The notes under the pieces were generated by a model that worked only from the letters and a program-made list of their open reading frames with translations, was not told where the DNA came from and ran no database searches. The position numbers and the translations under genes were made by a program. DNA of 64,000 nt, taken from NCBI GenBank assembly GCA_051313645.2, contig JBNRSN020000006.1:246078001-246142000 (forward strand), read 5' to 3'. The stretch comes from Centroscyllium fabricii (taxonomy: Eukaryota). Positions 25,086 to 35,188 of the stretch are shown in pieces (positions within the stretch are counted from its first letter, which is position 1; the number at the start of each line of letters is the position of its first letter).

Positions 25086-27531
25086 TATTAAGCCTGCGCT
25101 ATCAAGGATTAATAACGACAGATTCGACGTTAAAGGTACAACTCAAAGAGATGTTTATTGGTCATAGTAAATCTGGAACCAACTTGTAGCGCTCCTCGCT
25201 ATATACATGAGTGGTGAACCGCTGTACAGGTTGTGCACCGAAAATCCGTGTCAAGAAAAGCCGGCAGCTTCAGTCTGCTGGCACAAATTGCCCCAACTGC
25301 ACTGCGCATGCGCAAGATGGCAGCCGCCATCGCGGCTTCGGCACCGAGCGCATGCGCAGATCATTCAAAATGGCTGCCGGGTGTTTTGAATGATCTGCGC
25401 ATGCGTCGCCTGACGGCCAGCGCATGCGCAGATAATTCAATACGGCCGCCGGTTACTTTCTCGACAGCTGAGCCCTGTGACTGAGGCGGACAGTCACTGG
25501 GCAACAGCTGTCAGCCTGAGTCCGGCTCGGCGGCAGCAGCAACCCGAAAGGCGATGGAGAGGGAAGGCGGACCTACTGGGCCCGACCCGCGCCCGCACAA
25601 CCCTCCTTCCCCCCCTGCAAGACCGGCCTTTCACTGCTGCCCGACAGCCCTAAAAGGCAAACGGAACGCCACACAAGCCGGATCCCCTCAAAAAACTTTG
25701 CGGCGGCCATTATTGGTTGATCTGCGCATGCGCACGCCAGCCAATCCCAATGTTGTGCGCATGCGCGTGGCCATTTTGAATGGTGCGCATGCGCAGTGTC
25801 CAACTTCGTTCTCCCGTTTTTTTCAGTTTCCCGGCACGGGCCTGGTCCCGCCCGTGGCGGATTAATGGTGCACAACCTGTACTGCAATGTACTGACGCGC
25901 ACAAAGTAGTGCCCAATGATAATTAAGCATTTCACTATGTACATACACCACATTCCTCCCCACTTAATTAACCTTTACGGTACATTATTCAGTATAAGGG
26001 GAGGACTAGCAAAACTATATACACATGATACTTTTTACAATTACAAGTCCAGTCTCTGTGGAGGCTGGCAGTCTCTCGCTGGGTATCGTCTTCCGACGAT
26101 TGGTGAGGAAGTCGTCCCAGTAGACTGGCCATCTAACTTGGCCTCTGAAGAGTCTTCATCAGGTGCTGATTCGTCTGGAAGATTGTCCTCTGGTTGTGGC
26201 ACCTCATTACGGGCCACTGTGTCCCTCACGATCTGATCCATATGCCTCCTGATTTGTCCCTCCTGTGTGTCCACCGTGTATGTCCGCTGCTCTTGCCGTT
26301 GGCTGATAACTCCAGCCTGCCACTTGTCTCGTCAGCAGTCTCTCACGAGTACCTCTTGGCCTACGTCAAAGTCCCTGGGTTTCCTATCTGCAGTATTTCA
26401 AAACATCTTTCCCTCGACATCTCGTCGTATGTTCGGCTGCAATAGGTCCAACCGGTTCCGTAATCTCCTGTTGAAGAACAATACTGACGGGGCCTGCTTA
26501 GTGGTCGCACGTGTGACATTTCTATAGGCAAAGAGGAAGTTGTCAATTTTATGTTGCAGATTTAACTTTCCTCCCTCCATGGCTTTGATAGCCTTTTTAA
26601 AGGTTTGTACAAACCGTTCTGCCAACCCATTGGTGGCCGGGTGGTATGGTGCCGACTTGTAATGTCAGATGCCGTTTCATTTGAGGAATGTGCTAAACTC
26701 CTCTGACAAAAACTGGGGACCATTGTCGGAACAGACCTGTTTACCATTTCAGGCAAAAATGGTTCGGAGTACTGAGATTGTCTTCTCAGTTGTAGTGGAA
26801 ACATTTGTATCACTTCTGGCATCTTGGAATGGGTGTCAATGACAATGAGAAACATGGTGTCCATAAAGGGTCCAGCAAAGTCAATATGAATGCGTTGCCA
26901 CGGTGATGATGGCCACTCCCAAGGGTGCAAGGGAGCCTGGGGCGGTGAGTTTTGGACCATTTTACACCCTGTGCATTCGCTGGCCAACTGCTCTATGTCT
27001 TTATCAATCTTTGGCCACCATACATATGCCCGAGCCAGTGATTTCATTTTTACCCCACCCAGATGCCCCTCATGGAGGTCTGCCAAAATCTGTTTCCGTA
27101 GTTTCATGGGAATCACTACCCGACTCCCGCACATCAGCATGCCCGACAGACCGACAACTGGTCCTTCCTATTGGCGTACTCAGGCCAGTGTTTAAGGTCC
27201 TCTCTTGACCATCCCTTGACGACAATGGTGAAAATCTTTGCCAAGCAGGGATCATTTCTGGTCTCCCTCTCAATTTGCCGGCTGCTATAGCTTCGACCGA
27301 CCTCGTCGCCATTATTAAGTCCGCGCTATCAAGGATTAATAACGACAGACTCGACGTTAAAGGTACAACTCAAAGAGATGTTTACTGGTCATAGTAAATC
27401 TGGAACTAACTTGTAGCGCTCCTCGCGCTTACATATATACATGAGTGGTGAACCGCAGTACTGCAATGTACTGACGCACACAAAGTAGTACCCAATGATA
27501 ATTAAGCATTTCACTATGTACATACACCACA
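25086..27531 (-). mobile_element. Internally deleted Mag-like gypsy element retaining only integrase (element C)
   Basis: LTRs 27313-27531 and 25086-25952 (interrupted); PBS TGGCGACGAGG (tRNA-Ser-like); PPT; 5-bp TSD ATTAC; WEWPSSPWQRIHIDFAGP. Confidence 0.92.
25227..25879. mobile_element. Tc1/mariner (pogo/Tigger-like) non-autonomous element inside the 3' LTR of C
   Basis: TIRs CAGGTTGTGCACC....ATCCG; TA duplication evident against the uninterrupted LTR. Confidence 0.88.
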
Positions 27532-28219
27532 ATTACAGCCTTGGTCCAAACATGGACAAAAGAGCTGAATTCCAGAGGTGAGGTCAGACTGACTGCCCTC
27601 GACATCAAGGCAGCCTTTGACTGAGTGTGGCATTAAGGAGCCCTAATAAAATTGAAGTCTATAGGAATCAGAGAAAAAACTCTCCACTAGTTGAAGTTAT
27701 ACCTAGCACAAAGGAAGATGGTTGTGGTTATTCGAGGTCAATCATCTCAACCCCAGGACATCACCGCAGGAATTCCTCAGGGCAGTGTCCTAGGTCCAAA
27801 CATCTTCAGCAGCTTCATCAATGACCTTCCCTCTATCATAAGGTCAGAAGTCGGGATGTTCACTGATGATTTCATAGTGTTCAGTTCCATTTGCAACTCC
27901 TAAGATAATGAAGCAGCCCATATCCACATGCAGCAAGACCTGGAAGACATTCAGGCATGGGCTGATAAGTGCCAAGTAACATTCTCGCCACATAAGTGTC
28001 AGGCAATGACTATTTCCAACAAGCGAGAGCCTAACTACCACCCCTTGTCATTCAACGGCATCACCATTAACATCCTGGGGGTCACCATTGATCAGAAACT
28101 TTCTGGACCAGCCACATATATTAATGTGGCCACAAGAGCAGCACAGAGGTTGGGTATTCTGTGGCGAGTGTCTCACCACTTGCCTCCACAATCAGCAAGG
28201 CACAAGTAAGGGGTGTGAT

Positions 28220-29512
28220 TCAATTCAATTCAATTCAATTCAATTCAAGTTTTATTGTCATTGCAGAGTACAAGTACAATACAACGATACGAAGACTCGC
28301 CGCTCCCGAGAGTAGTGCAAATAAGTTACATATAATAAAGTACATTTCAGGTGTGCAGATACTGAGGTTTTTTGGTAGAGTTCAGGAGGCTGACAGCCCT
28401 GGGGAAGAAGCTGTTCTTGAATCTGGTCGTGCAGGTGCGGATTGATCTGTAGCGTCTCCCGGAGGGCAGGGGGGTGAACAGACTGTAGCTGGGGTGTGTG
28501 GGGTCTTTAATAATGTTCAGAGACCTCCGTAGGTAACATTTGAGGTAGGTGCATTCGATTGATGGTAGCGGGGTGCCGGTGATTCATTGGGCAGTTTTGA
28601 CTACCCGCTGCAGGGCCATCCGGTCCGAGATGGTGCAGTTCCCATACCAGACTGTAATGCAGCTTGTCAGTATGCTTTTGATTGTGCAGCGGTAGAAGTT
28701 GGTGAGGATTCCGGATGACAGCTTGGCTTTTTTCAGCTTCCTTAGGAAGTACAGGCGCTGTTGGGCCTTCTTAATCAGAGAGGAGGTGTTTAGTGACCAG
28801 GAGAGGTCTTCCGAGATGTGGACACCGAGGAACTTGAAGCTGGACACCCTTTCCACCTCAGCCCCTTGGATGAAGATGGGGGTGTGTCTTCTGCTTTTAG
28901 TCTTCCAGAAGTCCACTATGATCTCCTTGGTTTTCCTGGTGTTCAGTGCCAGGTTGTAATCGGCACACCATCGCACAAGGCGCTGAATCTCATCCCTGTA
29001 GGCTGACTCATCATTGTTGGTGATCTGGCCAACCACCGTGGTGTCGTCCGCAAAACTTGATGATCGTGTTGGAGCCGTGGACAGCCGCACAGTCGTGGGT
29101 GAAGAGGGAGTAGAGGTGGGGGCTCAGCACACAGCCTTGTGGGGCCCCCATGTTCAGGGTAAGGGGCGGGGGAGGTGAGGTCTGTTGGTTAGGAAGTCCA
29201 AGGTCCAGTTGCAGAGGGAGGTGTTCAGGCTGAGGGAGAGGAGTTTGGTAGACAACTTGCTGGGGACAATAGTGTTGAATGCTGAGCTGTAGTCAATAAA
29301 CAGCATTCTGATATATGTATCTTTGCTGGTGGTTTAGTGCAGAGTGAAGAGCAGTAGTGATTGCATCTTCCGTTGATCTGTTTCCTCGATAGGCGAACTG
29401 GTATTGGTCCAGGGCGGCGGGGATGCAGGCTTTGATGTGGGCCAGGACCAGCCGCTCAAAACACTTCATGATTATGGGTGTGAGTGCGACAGGGCGGTAG
29501 TCATTCAGGCAC
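28220..29512 (-). mobile_element. Rex1/Babar-type LINE 3' fragment
   Basis: [41 protein letters not shown]; (TTGAA)n tail. Confidence 0.92.
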
Positions 29513-30476
29513 GATGGAATACTCTCCACTCATCTGGATGAGTGCAGCTCCAACAACACTCAAGTGCACAGTACCATCTAGGACAAAGCAGCCCGCTTGA
29601 TTGGCACCCCATCCACCACGTTAAACATTCACTCCCTCCACCAGCAGTGTAGCATGGCTGCAGTGTGTACCGTCTACAAGAAGCACTGCAGCAACTTGCC
29701 AAGGCATATTCAGCAGCACCTCCCAAACCCATGACCTCTTCCACCTAGAAAGACGAGGGCAGCAGGTGCATGGAGACACCATCACCTCCAATTTTCCCTC
29801 CAAGTCACACACCATCCTGACTTGGAAATATATTGCCGTTCTTTCATCGTCGCAGGGCCAAAATCCTGGAATTCCCTCCCGAACAGCACTGTGGGAGTAC
29901 CTTCACCACAGGAACTGCAGCAGTTCAAGAAAGTGGCTCACCACCACCTTCTCAAGGGCAATTAGGGATGAGCGATAAATGCTGGTCTTGCTAGCGACAC
30001 CCACATCCCAGGAATTAATTTTTTTTTAATCTGAACCTGAGGTCACACCTACCTGTGCTGATGGTTTGGAATCAATGTTGAAAAGTAACATGGCGCTAGC
30101 AGAGAGTTCTCCCAGTGTCCGGGCCAAAACTGCTTTCGCAAGCAATACGAGATAGAGTAGGAATCTCACCTACATTCTGGGAATTAACAGTGAGCACAGT
30201 TACAATGGCAAGATGTGAACGGCTGTGATTTTTATTTTAATTTGCACTTTATAAGAGCAAATAAATCAATTTCAGAAACAGCAATGTTCCAATGAACTAA
30301 AATGGAATCGTTTATCATCCATCATTGTGACCTGTGAACTACTCTTACAAATGAAGAGATGAACGTTCTCTTGTGTCAGTCAAGCAGTAATGAAACCAGC
30401 ACATCACATCACAGCTCTTCTAGTTCATTCTCCAGTCATATGTGTTTAAGAGTGTCAAGAATTCTCAAGCAATTAC

Positions 30477-30787
30477 TGACGTATCGTCAATAGTCTTAAT
30501 AAAACCAAAGACGAGTAGTTACCTTAACTAGAGGCTTTTATTAGCTTACAAAGGAGCTACGCTCCGATCGAACATCAGGTACAGAATGAATGGGGGCAGG
30601 TCAGTCCCCACCTATAAGGCACTCACCTGAGGGGAGGAGTTAGAGGTGTGGCTGACCTGACCCCGCGACAGTGTCGCAATACAAGGCAGTGTATTACAGT
30701 GTATTATGTACCCGGCCGCTATACATACAATACAATGTTGGCAACAATATTGGGGTGGTAAAGAGTACATATATAACGGTTACCACA
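30477..30787 (-). mobile_element. Solo LTR related to element D
   Basis: TGTGGTAA...ATTGACGATACGTCA on minus, similar to 34897-35167; TSD ATTAC on both sides. Confidence 0.9.
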
Positions 30788-30803
30788 ATTACTCAGTGGA
30801 CAA

Positions 30804-30972
30804 TCATAGAATCATAGAATCCCTACAGTGCAGATAGAGGCCATTTCGGCCCATCGAGCCTGCACCGACACATGTCCCACCCTATCCCCATAACCCCCAC
30901 ATGTTTAATCCCCCTAACACTAAGGGTCAATTTATCATGGCCAATCAACCTAACCCGCACATCTTTGGACAT
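30804..30972 (-). mobile_element. HE1-type SINE 3' part with CR1 tail
   Basis: Matches the body of the SINEs at 49856-50689; (ATTCTATG)n tail. Confidence 0.85.
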
Positions 30973-31024
30973 GAATCACGCAGCCGTTTAACCATTTCAC
31001 TAGTCATGATTGCACAGGAGCTCC

Positions 31025-32605
31025 TAGGCCAGAATTTTAACTTGGAGCTGGGTTGAGAGCAGTGGGGGTAGGGGGAGTGCGGTGGGGCTTGATTGCATTC
31101 GGGAAACCCGGGAGAACAGGTTTCCTTCAGGCCCTGTCGAATTTAATGACAAGACTAGATTAAAATTTTGCTTCTCTGTTTTCTGCCCGCAGCCAGCCAG
31201 ATTGAGAGGTTGGATGGCTATCGGGCGGGTAGGCCGGCAGCACCAGGTCACAGAGATGAGGGAGGGAGAGAGAAATGGCAGGGGTGCTCAGAAGGCTGGA
31301 GATGGTCAGCAGGGGGCAGAAGGATGGAGGTTGCAGGGGGTCAGAAGGTTGGAGGTTGTGGGGGATGGCGGGGGTGGGGTATCGGACGCCGGAGGGGGGG
31401 ATCGGAGATCAGAGGCCTCGTGGGAGTGGGTGCGGAGTCTGAGGTCCCGTGTGGGGAGGTTGATGGAGATCTGAAAGGTCAGGGTGTGGGGGAGGTTCTG
31501 ATCACGGTGGGTTGGCAAGGCAGTTATGCTGGATCCAGTGAAAGGCAAGGCACTTACGTCCTGGATCCAGCAGTCCTCGCTTCCTTTAGCCTGAGTTAAA
31601 TTTAAAATGGAGCTTCAAAATGAGGCAGACAGCCTCATTATAATTTTTACGGTGCCAACCTGCCTCCTGGGAGCGGGTTGGGCACCCGCCCCTCTATCTC
31701 CTCTTCGTTAAAACATGATGTGGAGGTGCCGGTGTTGGACTGGGGTGGTCAAATGTAAGAAGTCACACAACACCAGGTTATAGTCCAACAGTTTTATTTG
31801 AAATCACAAGCTTCCGGAGCGCTGCTGACGAAGGTAATGATCTAGGCCACCGTGACCGAGCGACACCGAAGACCGCCAACCGAACCCCAACCGCAACAAA
31901 ATTCGATGACCAGACCACCAACGGAAGAACAAAACTCGAAGTTTTCCACTCTACAAGCTAAAGTACCTAACAAAGGCTTTACTCTCCCATTTCTAATTGA
32001 GAAAAGTGGGTATTCGCCAGACAAATCCGAATCCGTGCCCAACCGCATCAGCGGACTCCACCAAACTGAAGAGCCTTCGCAGATTCTAAGACTAGTACCA
32101 CGTGGAGACGGCAGGCCCCAAAGGACACAAAGAGCGAACCCCAAAAACGCAACCGGCTTAACTGACAGGATTTGAACTGTCAAGAAACCCCTGTTGGTGC
32201 GCATGATCCCTGGCCTTTTTAGTTAGATATTGGGGGTGGGACAAGGGTAGGATGATTATTAATGTGATTTTTCCCTCATTGTGCCATGTGTTCCCCATTC
32301 CTAATCAAGTGTACTCTTGAATGTCTGTAACTATTTTAGTAATCCTAGTGTAATTTTTCGATGTTATAATTTTATTGTGACTCTAATAAATGCAGTTTTC
32401 TTGCACCAAACCAGTTGTCTACTTCAATTTTGTTTCGCCGCCTGTACCTAAGTCCAGAGTCTAGAACCTAAGGGGCGTGGGAATGATTCGAACTGCTCAG
32501 TCAGTCAGAGGGAAAGCTAACCCACAGGCCACCCCCTACAGATGTTAATCTCCCACCCGATCCCAATGCACCTGTTTTTTGGGGTTAAACTAATTCCCCC
32601 CCCCC
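31025..32605. mobile_element. Harbinger-type MITE remnant carrying a Penelope fragment (31716-31833) and an LTR-like segment (31840-32540)
   Basis: Start GGCCAGAATTTT; pLTR near-identical to 10010-10120; LTR-like part has AATAAA and ends ...CCCTACA. Confidence 0.5.
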
Positions 32606-32654
32606 ACTCCCACCAGTTTTGGTAGCTCTCAGAGAAGCAGCCAGGAGTTTTGGA

Positions 32655-34012
32655 TAAAGAAACACATTTCATGACCTCAGGTCACCCCAAAGCACTTCAC
32701 AGCTAATGAAATACTTTTGATGTGTAGCTACTGTTGTAATGTAGCGAAGCACAGCAAGGTCCCCCAAACAGTAATGGGCCCTGTTTTCCTGTGGCCCGAT
32801 TGCTGCGGGTGCGCGCTCACGTGCACCCGCGGCGCACGCGCACGTAATTTTAATTTTTTTTCTGACGGCAATTTCCTGTGGAAAATGCCGGGTTTTTTTC
32901 CTGCGTAGGGGTCTGGGTTTTTTTGGTGCGTGGTGCTTTGTGCGTAGGTTGTGAGCAGGCCACGCCCACTGAGGTCGGCTTTACCCCCGCACAAAGAACA
33001 GAATCGGCCTCAGGACAAAGAATATCGGGTAGGAAGCACCTTGTTTTTTTAAAGTTTTTAGGAAGCACCTTGTTTTTTTTAAGTTTCTAGGAAGCACCTT
33101 GTTTTTTTTAAGTTTCTAGGAAGCACCTTGTTTTTTTTAAGTTTCTGCCTTTTCTGCTGTTAGGGGTATTTTTTGGTGGAAGTGAAAAAAACACGTTTAA
33201 AGGTAAGGTTTTTTTTGATTCCTTTGCAGATATTTGTCTGTGGTCTTTCAGCTTTTAAATGGGTAGGGTTTTTTTTTTGGTGAAAGTGAAAAAAAAACGT
33301 GTTTTTAACGCGAATTAAGCAGCTGTGATGGCCACCAGAGCTGCTGACATCGCGTTAAAAACCCGTTTTTTTTTCACTTTCACCAAAAAAAAACCCTACC
33401 CATTTAAAAGCTGAAAGACCACAGACAAATATCTGCAAAGGAATCAAAAAAAACCTTACCTTTAAACGTGTTTCTCCACTTCTCAAAGCTGCTGCAGCAC
33501 CTCTAAGACTGCTTTTTAAATGTGCAGCTGAAGAGAGACTTGCCCACGTGATACACACGCATTTTGAGCAGCTGCCACAGGAAATCGGCAGCTCAAAGTC
33601 TTCCTGGGTAGGAAGCTGAAGCCCCTTGCCCATCAGCACAGGAAATTCACGTTTTTGGTAATCACCCGAGCTGCACCCCCACGAGGCATTTCTGACCCCC
33701 CTTCGTGGGGGTGCAGCTCTTCTGGAGCACAGGAAAACAGGGCCCATTATGATAATGACCAGATAATCTGTTTTAGTGATGTTGGCTGAGGGACTATCGG
33801 CTAGGACACTAGCAGAATGCCCCTGCTCTTCTTCAAAATAGTGCGAAGGGATCTTTTATGTCCACCTGAGAGGGTAGACAGGGCCTCAGTTTAACATCTT
33901 ATCTGAATGACGGCACCACCAACAGTACAGCACTCCCTCAGTACTGTACTGAAGTGTCAGCCTAGATTATGTGCTCAAATCCTTGAAGTGGGGCTTGAAC
34001 CCATGACCTTAT
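32655..34012 (-). mobile_element. SINE of the 2737-3150 family, split by a MITE
   Basis: Collinear with 2737-3150 on both sides of 32776-33745. Confidence 0.75.
32776..33745. mobile_element. MITE with 18-bp perfect TIRs and a large internal inverted repeat (Harbinger-like ends)
   Basis: GGGCCCTGTTTTCCTGTG / CACAGGAAAACAGGGCCC; flanks AAT/ATT. Confidence 0.85.
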
Positions 34013-34489
34013 GGTCCCGGTTTTAATTGGGGGATGGGCGGGAGTGGTGACTGTGAGACCTGAAGTGGGTGATGCACTTGGAGGTAACTGACAGGTCTTT
34101 CTGATTTATTTACATACATTGTCTCCGAACCCAGCCAGATCCATTACCTGGCCGCCAGGTGGGAGGGGTGGATTCGGCAGTAAGAGGCTATGTGAATTGA
34201 GAGTTAAATTTACTGATCCTGCACTTCCAGTCGGCAACCAGTTCAAAAGGAATGTGGGTCAGAGATAAAGCTACAGAACTGCATCAATTCTTAAAACATG
34301 CTTCCTTCAAGTATAGTTTCCCACTGAGATTGTGGATTGGACATTTACACAAATATGTTAAATTGAGGCCCTGTCTCCCAGTTCTGGGGGTTACTAAAGA
34401 TTCCATGACACTATTTACGTGAGCAGGGTGCTGGTCAACAATTGCCCCTCAATTTGCTGGTTATTTGCTTCATTGCTGTTTGTAGGATT

Positions 34490-34775
34490 TGGGTGCCAAA
34501 GAAGCCTTGGCGAGTTGCTTTAGTGGCTCCTGTCGATGGTATTGAGCTTCTTGAGTGTTATTGCAGCTGCAAGCATCCAAGCAAGTGGACAGTATTCCAA
34601 CAGACTCCTGAATTGTGCCTTGTAGGTGATGGAGAGGGTTTGGGGAGACCGGAGGTGAGCCACTCGCCACAGAATACCCAGCCGCATAGCCACAGCAATT
34701 ATGTGGTTGGTCCAATTGTGTTATTGGTCAATGGCATTGGCAACCCGGAATGTTGATGTTGGGGACTCGGAGATG
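34490..34775 (-). mobile_element. Degenerate fragment of the 4462-9912 LINE family
   Basis: Reverse-complement similarity to ~9300-9690. Confidence 0.6.
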
Positions 34776-35188
34776 GTTCAGCTGTGCGAAGGTTTCATTC
34801 TCTGCGCCTGAATGATAAGGCCTGAGGCAGTCCTGATATTGGGCCTCATCTCAATAGAACTGACAGAGAATTGCCAGTGAAGATCAAGTCACTGCTTGTG
34901 GTAATCATATTACCACTGTATATAGTTGTATTGTAGTTGTATTGCACCACATGACCAATGTATATAGTTGCTTGGTGTATTGTTTGTAGAACGCTGTTGT
35001 AAGGCTAGGTCAGCCACACCTCTAACTCTTCGCCTTATAGGTGAGGTCTGCCCTGCCCCCAGTCATTCTGTGCCTGATGTTCAACTGGAGACTAGCTCCA
35101 TCTTTAAGTTAATAAAAGCCTGTAGTTAAGGTAACTACTCATCTTTAGTCTTATTGACGATACGTCAATTTTATTAACTTATTTTGAA

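Larger units (their letters stand above)
20100..30028 (+). mobile_element. 5'-truncated LINE of the 4462-9912 family, split by three insertions
   Basis: Pieces 20100-20356, 24931-25085, 27532-28219 and 29513-30028 are collinear with 8145-9912. Confidence 0.9.
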
